From the NCBI GenBank assembly GCA_033791485.1, contig JASJGP010000070.1, positions 1 through 25,130 of the forward strand: a stretch of 25,130 nt of DNA, read 5' to 3'. The notes under the pieces are model-generated. The model ran no database searches, was not told the DNA's origin, and saw only the letters and a program-made list of their open reading frames with translations. The DNA is from Desulfobacterales bacterium (lineage in GTDB: Bacteria; Desulfobacterota; Desulfobacteria; Desulfobacterales; JAUWMJ01). A program made the translations under genes and the position numbers. Shown in pieces: positions 9,014 through 18,327 of this stretch (positions within the stretch are counted from its first letter, which is position 1; every line of letters begins with the position of its first letter).

Positions 9014-10120
9014 ATGGACAGTAAAGTCTATTTTATCGATCTAAGAGCGACATTCAGGGAGAACCTGGTTGAAAAACTGGGAAGGCTGTTGGATACTGCC
9101 GGCCTTTCCGGTTGTGTAAAAGAAAGAGATCTGGTTGCTTTAAAGCTCCATTTCGGAGAAATGGGAAATACCGCTTATATCCGGCCGGTTTTTTTACAAA
9201 AGATAGTAAAGGCCATTAGAAATGTCGGTGGCACTCCGTTTCTAACAGATGCCAATACCCTTTATTCCGGTACTCGAAGTGATTCCCCACACCATCTTGC
9301 AACAGCCATCCAAAACGGGTTTGCATATTCCGTTGTCCAGGCTCCGATTATAATTGCAGACGGATTAAGGGGCAAAAGCGAAACGGCTGTGAAAATCGAC
9401 CAGAAGAATTTTAACAAAGTATATATTGGGTCGGAAATATTTGAAGCAGACGCTTTGATATCGGTTGCTCATTTTAAAGGCCATGAGCTTACCGGTTTTG
9501 GCGGAACTATTAAAAATTTAGGAATGGGATGCGCTTCTCGAAAGGGAAAGCTTGCCCAGCATTCAACTGTGTCTCCAAAAATTGTTAGGAAAAAATGTGT
9601 CGGGTGCGGTGATTGTGTTGATCATTGTTCTCAAAACGCCATTTCTTTGGTTGAAGAAAAGGCCGTCATTGATTCCAAAAAGTGCATAGGTTGCGGGGAA
9701 TGCATCCTTATTTGCCCCAATAAGGCTGTGCAGGTTCAGTGGAATCAACAGATACCGGTTTTCCTGGAAAAAATGGTGGAATATACATTGGGTGTTCTAA
9801 AGGGTAAGGGGGGCAAGACGCTGTTGGTGAATTTCATTACAGATGTTTCACCGGCGTGTGACTGTTATCCCTATAATGATGCACCCATTGTAAAAGATAT
9901 CGGCATACTTGCATCAACAGATCCGGTTGCTATTGACCAGGCATCTGTTGATCTTGTGAACAGGGAGCCCGGTCTTTTAGGAACATGCCTTAAAGGAAAA
10001 ACCGATCCAGGCACAGATAAATTTAAGGAGATCTATCCAAAGGTGGACTGGGAAATTCAGCTCGATTATGCCCAAAGCCTTGGTCTCGGAAGTCGTGAGT
10101 ATAAGCTTGAAAAGATATGA
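9014..10120 (+). CDS. DUF362-domain protein with two 4Fe-4S ferredoxin motifs
   Basis: KLHFGEMGN, AHFKGHELTGFGGTIKNLGMG, CVGCGDCVDHC and CIGCGECILICP. GAGAGGA RBS. Confidence 0.9.
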   Translation: MDSKVYFIDLRATFRENLVEKLGRLLDTAGLSGCVKERDLVALKLHFGEMGNTAYIRPVFLQKIVKAIRNVGGTPFLTDANTLYSGTRSDSPHHLATAIQNGFAYSVVQAPIIIADGLRGKSETAVKIDQKNFNKVYIGSEIFEADALISVAHFKGHELTGFGGTIKNLGMGCASRKGKLAQHSTVSPKIVRKKCVGCGDCVDHCSQNAISLVEEKAVIDSKKCIGCGECILICPNKAVQVQWNQQIPVFLEKMVEYTLGVLKGKGGKTLLVNFITDVSPACDCYPYNDAPIVKDIGILASTDPVAIDQASVDLVNREPGLLGTCLKGKTDPGTDKFKEIYPKVDWEIQLDYAQSLGLGSREYKLEKI

Positions 10121-10124
10121 CCTT

Positions 10125-10251
10125 GATGGTGTCGTAAAAAGTCTCATCTACTGCGTTGTAGCGATTTTTCAGGAACTCAACATACTATGTGTATAGTCTC
10201 GTTCCTCAAAAATTGCTACGCCTTGTATATGAGCCTTTTTACGACACCATC
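10125..10251. mobile_element. 127-bp palindromic miniature element (TCGTAAAAAG-end family) between convergent genes
   Basis: Perfect 17-bp TIR GATGGTGTCGTAAAAAG / CTTTTTACGACACCATC, extending to 25 of 27. Inner arms GTAGCGATTTTTCAGGAAC / GTTCCTCAAAAATTGCTAC. Confidence 0.8.
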
Positions 10252-10295
10252 CGGCGCTTATTCAAAAGAAATTCAAAGAAACTGCCAAAACTAAA

Positions 10296-11210
10296 TTAAT
10301 ACGAAAAATATTTTCCCTGCCACGAATCTCTCTTTTCCAATGTTTCTTTTATAAGGGAAAGAGTTTGAGCTTTTTTGATTGACCACTGCGGTGCGACGAG
10401 TTCTTCAGGGTGGGGGTCGCCGGTAAGACGCTGAATTACCATGTCCCCTGGAACTCGTTCCAGGAAGTCGCACACAAGATCTACATACTGCTGTTGTTCG
10501 AGACATTTGTATGAACCTTGCCGGTACAGCTTTTCAAGTCTTGTGCCTTTAATTACATATAAAAGATGAATTTTTATCCCGTCAATTCCCATTTTTGCAA
10601 TAGCCTTTGCCGTTTCAAGCATATGACTTCTTTTTTCATCAGGCAGCCCGAGTATGACATGAGCGCATATCTTTATCCCCCTGTTTAAAGTTGCATCAAC
10701 CGCATCCGTAAAGCATTGGAAGTCATGTCCCCGGTTAATCAAAGTGAGCGATTTGTCATGTATGGACTGGAGGCCGTATTCGATCCATATCAGGTGTGTT
10801 TTTGCATAACTTTCGATTAGTTTTAAAACAGATTCATTCACGCAATCCGGCCTCGTTCCGATGGAAAGGCCTACCACGTCGTCTATTGCCAAGGCTTCTT
10901 CATAAAGGTTTTTAAGCGTATCTAATGGTGCGTAAGTATTTGTAAATGACTGAAAATATGCAATATATTTTTTAGCCTTGTATCGCTTTAAAAGCGCCTT
11001 TTTCCCTGCAATGATCTGGTCTGTAACAGTGTGCCCTTTGGCGTGGGCTCCGGTTCCTGATCCACGCGTGTTGCAGTAGATACAGCCGCCCGTCGAAATC
11101 TTGCCATCCCTGTTTGGACAGGAAAGACCTGCATCTATGGTGATTTTCTGGACCCTGCATCCGAAAATACTTCTAAAATAGGAATTTAAATCGTTGTATC
11201 TTTTATTCAT
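10296..11210 (-). CDS. TIGR01212-family radical SAM protein (YhcC/YtqA/MnmL-like)
   Basis: Atypically spaced cysteine motif CPNRDGKISTGGCIYC, plus YFQSFTNTY, IGTRPDC, EYGLQS, GIKIHLLYV and IQRLTGD. Confidence 0.9.
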   Translation of the reverse strand: MNKRYNDLNSYFRSIFGCRVQKITIDAGLSCPNRDGKISTGGCIYCNTRGSGTGAHAKGHTVTDQIIAGKKALLKRYKAKKYIAYFQSFTNTYAPLDTLKNLYEEALAIDDVVGLSIGTRPDCVNESVLKLIESYAKTHLIWIEYGLQSIHDKSLTLINRGHDFQCFTDAVDATLNRGIKICAHVILGLPDEKRSHMLETAKAIAKMGIDGIKIHLLYVIKGTRLEKLYRQGSYKCLEQQQYVDLVCDFLERVPGDMVIQRLTGDPHPEELVAPQWSIKKAQTLSLIKETLEKRDSWQGKYFSY

Positions 11211-11320
11211 ATCAGTTATCCAAAGCTTATAAAAATACTTTTTACGAATTCATCAATACTTGACCTGCTGACGAGCCGATTATATAATTTCTAACCACAA
11301 AGACAAAAAGAACACAAGAG

Positions 11321-11406
11321 TTAACGACTCAGGTTCACAGTTCAAGGTTAAAGAAGAGTGAAGGGCACAAAGCAACCAAGCTTGAACCCTGAATCTGAGT
11401 AGTTAC
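11321..11406. repeat. Decayed GTAA-family inverted-repeat element in the radical SAM/mnmG divergent spacer
   Basis: TAACGACTCAGGTTCACAGTTCAAGGTT matches the reverse complement of the right arm, TAACTACTCAGATTCAGGGTTCAAGCTT, at 23 of 28. Right end CTGAGTAGTTAC. No TSD. Confidence 0.6.
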
Positions 11407-11433
11407 GATTTAAGGACTATAGAAAAACCATAA

Positions 11434-13308
11434 ATGGCTTTTTATAAAAAAAATTACGACATCATAGTGGTCGGTGCAGGCCATGCCGGATGTGAAGCAG
11501 CACTTGCAGCTGCCAGAATGGGGTGCAGCGTTCTTCTTTTTGCTATAGATTTGGATAAGGTGGCAGCAATGCCGTGCAGCCCGTCCATCGGCGGAATGGC
11601 AAAGGGGCAGCTCGTTAAAGAGATAGACGCCCTTGGTGGTGAGATGGCAAGGATCACTGACAAGTCGGCCATTGCATTCAGAACGCTGAACACAAAAAAA
11701 GGCCCGGCGGTTCATTCCACAAGAACGCAGAACGACAAGATACGCTATCATGTGGCTATGAAAGCTGTTTTAGAAAAGGAGCCAAACCTTGATTTAAAGC
11801 AAGCCATGGTTGAAAAACTTGTTATAGAAGATGGCAGAGTCGTCGGTCTTGAAGATCAAACCGGGTTTGGATACCATGCACGTTCTGTTATTTTAGCTAC
11901 AGGAACTTTTCTAAGCGGCCTTATACATATTGGTTTTAAATCGATTAAGGCAGGAAGAGCTGGAGAATTTGCTTCTTATGGCCTTCCTGCACACTTAAGC
12001 GAGCTTGGATTCGAATTGGGAAGGATGAAAACCGGCACACCCCCCAGATTAAAAAAATCAAGTATCGATTTTACAAAATTTGAAAAACAGGAAGTAGAGC
12101 AAGACCCTGTCCCCTTTTCATTTTTTACCAACAAAATTACCATGCCTCAAATCCCGAGTTATATCGGACACACAAACCAGAAAGGCCATAAGATTGTCCT
12201 GAACAATCTTAAGCACAGCGCACTGTATGGCGGAGTTATCAAGGGAATTTCCGCCAGATATTGCCCCTCCTTTGAGGATAAAATTGTAAGGTTCCCGGAT
12301 AAAGAAAGACACCAGGTAATTCTTGAACCGGAAGGACTCGATACCGAAGAAATATATTCCAGCGGCCTTGGAAACAGTCTTCCCATGGAAATCCAGATTC
12401 AGTTTGTCCGTTCTGTTAAAGGGCTGGAACAGGCTGAAATTATGCGTCCTGCATATGCCATAGAATACGATTATGTAAACCCAATTCAGCTTAAACACAC
12501 ACTTGAAACAAAGCCGATTTCAGGACTCTTTATGGCAGGGCAGATCAATGGTACTTCCGGTTATGAAGAGGCGGCCGCACAGGGAATGTGGGCAGGTATC
12601 AATGCAGCGTGCATGATTGAGAAAAGGCCGGCCTTCATTTTGGACAGGTCACAGGCATACATGGGCGTGATGATAGACGACCTTGTTACAAGGGGTACCC
12701 GTGAGCCTTACCGGATGTTTACTTCAAGGGCCGAATACAGGCTTATGCTGCGGGAAGATAATGCTGACCTTCGGCTTATGGAAACCGGTCACGAACTCGG
12801 TTTAATTGGTAATGACACATTAAAAGACATCAAAGAGAAAAAAAAACAGATTGCAGATGAGATAAGAAGGGTCAAAAAAACAATTATCAAACCGGTAAAA
12901 AAAGTAAATGATTACCTGAAGAGCCGTGGTTCCAGTGAAATCAGCAACGGGATTCATCTTGATCAGCTTCTCAAAAGGTCTCAACTCGATTATGGTGCTG
13001 TTGAAAAATTTGCGGCAAGCTCCGACAACCTCAGCCCGAAGATCAGCCATCAGGTGGAAATAGAAATCAAGTACGAGGGCTATATACAGCGGCAGCTCAA
13101 AGAAATTGAAAAGTTTAAAAACCTTGAAAAAATGAAAATACCACAAGATTTTGATTTCACCATTGTCCATGGCCTTTCAAATGAATTGAAGGAAAAGCTG
13201 TCAACTGTGAGTCCATCCTCCCTGGGCCAGGCATCACGAATAGACGGGATCACGCCGGCTGCGATTTCCGTGCTTATGATTTCCATTAAAGCTTATAGAA
13301 AAAATTAG
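11434..13308 (+). CDS. mnmG: tRNA uridine-5-carboxymethylaminomethyl(34) synthesis enzyme MnmG (GidA)
   Basis: [15 protein letters not shown] motif, [37 protein letters not shown] and [10 protein letters not shown]. Confidence 0.98.
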   Translation: MAFYKKNYDIIVVGAGHAGCEAALAAARMGCSVLLFAIDLDKVAAMPCSPSIGGMAKGQLVKEIDALGGEMARITDKSAIAFRTLNTKKGPAVHSTRTQNDKIRYHVAMKAVLEKEPNLDLKQAMVEKLVIEDGRVVGLEDQTGFGYHARSVILATGTFLSGLIHIGFKSIKAGRAGEFASYGLPAHLSELGFELGRMKTGTPPRLKKSSIDFTKFEKQEVEQDPVPFSFFTNKITMPQIPSYIGHTNQKGHKIVLNNLKHSALYGGVIKGISARYCPSFEDKIVRFPDKERHQVILEPEGLDTEEIYSSGLGNSLPMEIQIQFVRSVKGLEQAEIMRPAYAIEYDYVNPIQLKHTLETKPISGLFMAGQINGTSGYEEAAAQGMWAGINAACMIEKRPAFILDRSQAYMGVMIDDLVTRGTREPYRMFTSRAEYRLMLREDNADLRLMETGHELGLIGNDTLKDIKEKKKQIADEIRRVKKTIIKPVKKVNDYLKSRGSSEISNGIHLDQLLKRSQLDYGAVEKFAASSDNLSPKISHQVEIEIKYEGYIQRQLKEIEKFKNLEKMKIPQDFDFTIVHGLSNELKEKLSTVSPSSLGQASRIDGITPAAISVLMISIKAYRKN

Positions 13309-13366
13309 TACTGCCTTAAGGTTTACATAAAATAACCGATATTACTTTAATAACCGTCCAATTCCC

Positions 13367-13395
13367 TTGACACTTAAGAACTTTAAACTTATTTT
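13367..13395 (+). promoter_or_regulatory. Putative sigma70 promoter for the DnaJ-class gene
   Basis: TTGACA-N17-TATTTT, about 60 bp upstream of the start. Confidence 0.45.
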
Positions 13396-13454
13396 CTGTT
13401 TAAACCTAAATTGGATAAGCCAAAATCGAAATTTTTTTAAATGAGGAAATATAA

Positions 13455-14369
13455 ATGCCGGGAACAGATTATTATAAAACACTTGGTGTAAATAAAACCG
13501 CTACTGATGATGAAATCAAGAAGGCTTACAGAAAGCTTGCCATGAAATATCATCCTGATCACACTAAAGGAGATAAAAGCGCCGAAGAAAAGTTTAAACA
13601 AATTAGTGAAGCATACGCAGTGCTAAGTGACAAGGAAAAACGTAAACAGTACGACACTTTTGGTTCTAACGGTTTTCAACAGCGGTTTTCTCAAGAAGAT
13701 ATTTTCAGGAGTTTTGATTTCGGCGATATCTTCAAAGAGTTTGGATTTGGCGGGACAAATCCGTTTATGGGACGTCGAGGCGGCATGCGATTTTCGCGTG
13801 GTTCCGGATCCCCATTCGGTTCTCATCCGGGCCGACAGCAGCAGGTAAAAGGGTCTGACCTCGTATATGAACTTCCTCTGACCTTACAGGAAGTTGCAAA
13901 AGGTACAAACAAGAGTGTAAGCTTTGACCATAAGGGACGCCATGAAAAAATATCAGTAAAAATTCCGAAAGGGATGATCTCTGGTAAAAAGCTGCGTCTT
14001 GCCGGGAAGGGGGAGCCGAGTCCTTACGGAGGTCCTCCTGGCGATCTATATATTCAGTCTAAGGTAGTTAAAGACCCGATATATGATGCGAAAGAATATG
14101 ACCTTTATGCAAATCGAGACCTCAAGTTGAGTGAAGCCATTCTCGGGACGAGCATATCAGTACCGACACTTGAAGGAAAAGAATTAAGCCTGAAAATACC
14201 CCCCGGCACCAAACACGGTACCAAAATGCGTCTTGCAGGTCACGGGCTTCCCGCCATGAAGGGAAATAAAAAGGGAGACCTTTATGTACACGTCCATATT
14301 GTTATGCCAAAGCGTTTAAACAAAGAGCAAAAAAAGCTGATTGAAAAATTAGCCCAGACAGGCTTGTAA
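13455..14369 (+). CDS. Class II DnaJ-family co-chaperone (CbpA-like, no zinc finger)
   Basis: J domain with YHPD, G/F-rich region and DnaJ C-terminal domain. No CxxCxGxG repeats. Confidence 0.92.
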   Translation: MPGTDYYKTLGVNKTATDDEIKKAYRKLAMKYHPDHTKGDKSAEEKFKQISEAYAVLSDKEKRKQYDTFGSNGFQQRFSQEDIFRSFDFGDIFKEFGFGGTNPFMGRRGGMRFSRGSGSPFGSHPGRQQQVKGSDLVYELPLTLQEVAKGTNKSVSFDHKGRHEKISVKIPKGMISGKKLRLAGKGEPSPYGGPPGDLYIQSKVVKDPIYDAKEYDLYANRDLKLSEAILGTSISVPTLEGKELSLKIPPGTKHGTKMRLAGHGLPAMKGNKKGDLYVHVHIVMPKRLNKEQKKLIEKLAQTGL

Positions 14370-14385
14370 CAGACTATGAATTTTT

Positions 14386-14541
14386 GTAAGTATTCACAGG
14401 CACCGCATCTGCGTGTGATAAGGGCAACCAGCATAGAAAACTATAGCTGATCGCCCTTATCACGCACATCTGCAGCACCTGTGAACGCTTACATGACGTA
14501 AATTGAGCAACCTTTTTCCCCGAATGAGCGTGAACAGGTAC
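14386..14541. mobile_element. Composite of two GTAA-family miniature elements
   Basis: Unit 1 (14386-14492) is GTAAGTATTCACAGG...CCTGTGAACGCTTAC with inner arms GTGTGATAAGGGC / GCCCTTATCACGC. Unit 2 (14498-14541) ends GTGAACAGGTAC. Outer flanks GAATTTTT / GGATTTTT match at 7 of 8. Confidence 0.65.
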
Positions 14542-14742
14542 GGATTTTTTAACACAACCTTTTTAGAATAAGGTTTTTTCAGAAAAAGAATAACGTACCA
14601 GGCTGCGGGGTACGGGATATAAAAAAGGATTATTTCCGATTAGCAACTCATAACTCGTATTATAATCTTTCAACTTAAAATAACATCCTGTCTAAAATCG
14701 GCAATATATTGTCAATATGCCTTGACTAAGCGCCTAAATATA

Positions 14743-14772
14743 TTGACAAGAATAACTATTCTGTGTAATAAT
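14743..14772 (+). promoter_or_regulatory. Putative sigma70 promoter for hpt
   Basis: TTGACA-N18-AATAAT, about 50 bp upstream of the hpt ATG. Confidence 0.45.
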
Positions 14773-14820
14773 CATAATTTAAAATATTTGGCTATCTTGA
14801 GATAGGATTTTTTTATCACT

Positions 14821-15339
14821 ATGCCTGAATTTATACCCGTCCTTAAAAAAGACGATATCGACAAAATGGTGGTTGCCGTTGCACGCAAAATATCATCAGA
14901 CTATAAGGACAGGGAACTTATTCTCATCGGTGTTCTAAAAGGCTCTTTTGTTTTTCTTTCTGACCTCATTCGGAACCTGTCAATTCCTGTAAAGGTCGAT
15001 TTCGTAGGAGTTTCCAGCTACAGCGATAAAACTTCTTCATCAGGAAAAATTCAATTAACAAAAAGTATAGAAATCGATATAAAGAACAAAAACGTACTGG
15101 TGGTGGAAGACATTGTTGATTCAGGCTTGACGTTAGCATGGTTAATTGATTACCTTATGTCCTTCAAGCCTGAAACTGTCAATGTTTGTGCCATGATTGA
15201 CAAAAGCGAACGAAGAGAGACGCAAATACAAATTGACTATACCTGCCATACCGTAAAGGAAGGGTTCCTTGTAGGGTACGGGCTTGATTATGCGGAAGAT
15301 TATAGAAATCTGCCGGAAATTTACCACCTGAAATTATAA
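14821..15339 (+). CDS. hpt: Hypoxanthine phosphoribosyltransferase
   Basis: GVLKGSFVFLSDL, PRPP-binding VVEDIVDSGLT and FLVGYGLDYAEDYRNLP. Confidence 0.95.
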   Translation: MPEFIPVLKKDDIDKMVVAVARKISSDYKDRELILIGVLKGSFVFLSDLIRNLSIPVKVDFVGVSSYSDKTSSSGKIQLTKSIEIDIKNKNVLVVEDIVDSGLTLAWLIDYLMSFKPETVNVCAMIDKSERRETQIQIDYTCHTVKEGFLVGYGLDYAEDYRNLPEIYHLKL

Positions 15340-15354
15340 TCAGCGGGGTTTGCC

Positions 15355-18105
15355 ATGATTTTAACATGTAATGAATGCGGTATCGGTTTCAATTTTGATG
15401 AAAACCTTTTAAAAGAAACAGGTTCTAAAGTCAGGTGTTCAAAATGCAAAAATGTTTTTACAGCCTATCCCCCCTCTTCCGCAAGCCAGTCTGAAAAGAC
15501 TGACTTCGCCATGGAAGATGAGCAATCGGATGCGCCGGGTACTGAATCATCTCCTGAAACATCTAATGATGACGGAATAGAGCTTAAAAACATTGACCTA
15601 TCAGAAATTGAAGGCATACTTGACATGGATAATGAGCCGGATTCCGGAAGTGATTCACCTAAAGGGCCTGGTGAACTTGACTTCGATTTCACTACAAAAA
15701 AAGATGAAGGTGAGGCAGCCCTGGAATCAACTCTTGAGTCGGAAAAAACCGAAGAGCTCGACCTTTCTGAAATGGATAATATTCTTAAAGAAGACGAAAG
15801 CCCTGAAGAGACACTATCACTGGATCTGTCGGATATGGAAAATATCCTTGAATCAGAAGATGAAGCTGCAAAGGAAAGTGAATCATCTCAGGAGGAAGAT
15901 CCCGGCTTCGAACTCGGTCTAGATTTAGATACCGGTGAAGACGAAGGTAAGGCAACCCTGGAGTCAACTCTTGAGTCGGAAAAGACTGAAGAGCTGGATC
16001 TTTTTGAGATGGATAATATTCTTAAAGAAGACAAAGAGCCGGAAACTAAAAGTGTATCAACCGATGAAACCATTGGGCTTGATCTTGATTTTGATACCGG
16101 TGAAATTGAAGATGAGGCAGCCCTGGAATCAGCCCTTGGGTTGGAAAAGACTGAAGAGCTGGATCTTTCTGAGATGGATAATATTCTTAAAGAAGGCGAA
16201 GATCTGGAAACTAAAAGCTTGCCAACCGATGAGAGCACTGGGCTTGATCTTGATTTTGATATTGATGAGAGCCTTGACGAAGACGGATCCGATTTCGAAC
16301 CGGACGAAACCGTTGCTCTGGACCTCTCGGATATGGACAATATCCTTGAAGTAAAAGATGAACCATCAGAAGAAACTGAATCATCTGAGGAAGAAGACTT
16401 TGACTTTGAACTGGATTTTGGTTCTGATAAAGAAGAAGTTGTAAGCGCTTCCGAACCTGTAGCTGAGTCGGAAAAGAAAGAAGATCTGGATATTTCCGAT
16501 TTTGAAAATATTCTTGAAGAAGACAAAGAACCGGAAACTAAAAGTGTGTCAACTGATGAAACCCTTGATTTTGATATTGATGAGAGTTCTGACGAAGACA
16601 GGTCCGATTTCGAACTGGAAGAAACCGTTGAGCTGGATCTATCGGATATGGACAATGTTCTTGAAATTGAAGATGAGGAATCCAAAAATACTGAATCGGC
16701 TGCAGATGAAGATCTCGACTTCGAACTGGACCTTGACTTTGAAGATGAAAAGGGGCAGGACGATAAAGCACTGGAAAGCAATGCTGTAGAGGCTGAAATG
16801 CCGGATGACCTTGATTTTGAACTGAATCTGGACATGGATGAGGATGAAGGCGCTGATAGCGCCGAATCAGAGCTTAAACCTGAATTAGAATTGGAAGACA
16901 TTGAAGGACTCGATTTGTCTGATATGGAAGATGGGATCAGTGAAATAGATAAGCAGGCTACTGAAGATACTTATGATGAAAAAACAGATGAAATTGATCT
17001 TGAATTAGACATGGTTGAGGAAGAAGGTGAAGACACTGATAACGATTCATTAGCAATTGAATTAGGAGATGCGGAGGAATTCGATTTATCTGATCTGGAT
17101 AGTGTTCTTGATCAAGAAGATAAACAGGCCGGAAGAGATGTTCCCACTGAAGAAATAGAAGAGCTTGAGTTAGATTTAGATATTGAGGACGATATTGCTG
17201 ACGCCTCTGATGATAAAGCATCAGAAATACAGTTTAAGTCAACAGAAAAATTCGATCTGTCTGATATTAATAATATGATCGATACTGATGAAAAACCAAA
17301 AATGCAGGATGCAGAACCAGAGGAAGTTGAGCTGGATTTTGAAATTGAAGGAAATGCGCAGGATCTTCTGGTAAAAGATGAAACTATTGAAAAACAGACA
17401 GTTTCACACAAAAAAGAAAAACTTGATGATACTTTTGATATGGGAGCAATAGAAAACGGATCCGATGCTGAAGATGTCGATGGTTTTACTGATTCAAAAA
17501 AAGCAAAAACCTATCCGCCCAAGAGAAAACCCGCAGGCAAGAAGCAGCTTAGCGGGCTTATGCGTATATTACTGATTTTTGTTTTCCTGTTTGGAGGCGC
17601 TTACGCTGCGCATGAGGTTTTAAACAGCATGGGGATAAAGATTTCTGTTACCGACGCTTTCAGAGATATACCTTTTGTTGGTGATCTGCTTAAACCTGAT
17701 GTCAAAGATGTCGGTAACATTTATGTGAATATTTTTGAAAAGACAGTAAACGGCAAATTCATGGATAATCCGAAAATAGGAACTCTTTTCGTAGTAACAG
17801 GGAAAATTCAAAACGAATATAAGCATTCCCGACGTTTTATAAAAATGACAGGCAAAATCTATAAAAAGGGGAAAGCCCTTGTAAAAGCAGAAACGGTTTA
17901 TTGTGGAAATCTATTATCAGAAGCAGAGCTCAAAAGCCTTAGTCAAACAGCTATTACTAAGCGACTGAAAAACCGCCTCGGAGATAAGAGAATAAACATG
18001 AATGTTAAAAAAGGCCAGGCGCTCCCGTTTATGATCGTATTTTCAAATGTTCCGAGCGGCCTGGAAGAATATTCCGTTCAGGTAGCAGGGTCTGATAAGC
18101 CATAG
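15355..18105 (+). CDS. Zinc-ribbon (MJ0042-type) + long acidic repeat region + TM helix + DUF3426-like C-terminal domain protein
   Basis: N-terminal CNEC...KVRCSKC, about 650 aa of D/E-rich repeats, basic patch plus TM (ILLIFVFLFGGAYAA) and a C-terminal beta-rich domain (LFVVTGKIQN...LPFMIVF). Confidence 0.85.
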   Translation: MILTCNECGIGFNFDENLLKETGSKVRCSKCKNVFTAYPPSSASQSEKTDFAMEDEQSDAPGTESSPETSNDDGIELKNIDLSEIEGILDMDNEPDSGSDSPKGPGELDFDFTTKKDEGEAALESTLESEKTEELDLSEMDNILKEDESPEETLSLDLSDMENILESEDEAAKESESSQEEDPGFELGLDLDTGEDEGKATLESTLESEKTEELDLFEMDNILKEDKEPETKSVSTDETIGLDLDFDTGEIEDEAALESALGLEKTEELDLSEMDNILKEGEDLETKSLPTDESTGLDLDFDIDESLDEDGSDFEPDETVALDLSDMDNILEVKDEPSEETESSEEEDFDFELDFGSDKEEVVSASEPVAESEKKEDLDISDFENILEEDKEPETKSVSTDETLDFDIDESSDEDRSDFELEETVELDLSDMDNVLEIEDEESKNTESAADEDLDFELDLDFEDEKGQDDKALESNAVEAEMPDDLDFELNLDMDEDEGADSAESELKPELELEDIEGLDLSDMEDGISEIDKQATEDTYDEKTDEIDLELDMVEEEGEDTDNDSLAIELGDAEEFDLSDLDSVLDQEDKQAGRDVPTEEIEELELDLDIEDDIADASDDKASEIQFKSTEKFDLSDINNMIDTDEKPKMQDAEPEEVELDFEIEGNAQDLLVKDETIEKQTVSHKKEKLDDTFDMGAIENGSDAEDVDGFTDSKKAKTYPPKRKPAGKKQLSGLMRILLIFVFLFGGAYAAHEVLNSMGIKISVTDAFRDIPFVGDLLKPDVKDVGNIYVNIFEKTVNGKFMDNPKIGTLFVVTGKIQNEYKHSRRFIKMTGKIYKKGKALVKAETVYCGNLLSEAELKSLSQTAITKRLKNRLGDKRINMNVKKGQALPFMIVFSNVPSGLEEYSVQVAGSDKP
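15703..16670 (+). repeat. In-frame intragenic tandem and higher-order DNA repeats
   Basis: A near-identical ~90-bp block occurs at 15703, 15940 and ~16110 (offsets 237 and 165 bp, both multiples of 3). The block at ~16252-16350 recurs at ~16560-16660. Confidence 0.85.
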
Positions 18106-18122
18106 AAAAGGTGGTTTTCCAC

Positions 18123-18151
18123 TTGACTAAGTAGAAAGAGGCTGTTAAAAA
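18123..18151 (+). promoter_or_regulatory. Putative sigma70 promoter for tRNA-Met
   Basis: TTGACT-N17-TAAAAA with TG extension, about 33 bp upstream of the tRNA. Confidence 0.4.
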
Positions 18152-18184
18152 AAGCGCTGTTAAAATTTGGATATAAGTAGTAAT

Positions 18185-18261
18185 GGCGATGTAGCTCAGG
18201 TGGTTAGAGCATGCGGCTCATATCCGCAGTGTCCGGGGTTCGAGTCCCTGCATCGCCACCA
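18185..18261 (+). tRNA. tRNA-Met (CAT), probably elongator
   Basis: 77 nt. Acceptor stem GGCGATG/CATCGCC + ACCA, anticodon arm TGCGG-CTCATAT-CCGCA, T-loop GTTCGAG. The G1-C72 pair and lack of three G-C anticodon pairs argue against fMet. G4/A5 argue against Ile2. Confidence 0.95.
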
Positions 18262-18292
18262 AAATGCAATCCCAAGCGTTCCGATTAAATAC

Positions 18293-18327
18293 AAAACCCT
18301 ATGATAATATTAGAATTATGGGGTTTT
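18293..18327 (+). terminator. Imperfect inverted repeat downstream of the tRNA (terminator or att-adjacent repeat)
   Basis: AAAACCCTATGAT...ATTATGGGGTTTT (11 of 13 complementary), followed by Ts. Confidence 0.4.

Noticed and set aside
10118-10251. Selenocysteine read-through of the DUF362 TGA with the downstream hairpin as a SECIS
   Set aside because: The protein appears complete at the stop, and the hairpin is a dispersed repeat element.
11216-11224. DnaA-box-like TTATCCAAA upstream of mnmG (possible oriC)
   Set aside because: It is a single mismatched box with no cluster and no dnaA, rsmG or parAB context.
13309-13454. CIRCE/HrcA operator before the DnaJ-class gene
   Set aside because: No TTAGCACTC-N9-GAGTGCTAA-like sequence is present.
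15703-16670. Possible CRISPR-like repeat array
   Set aside because: The repeats are in-frame coding duplications with non-unique spacers, and there are no cas genes.
15888-16901. 337-aa Ser-rich minus-strand ORF
   Set aside because: It is the antisense mirror of the GAA/GAT-rich acidic repeats.
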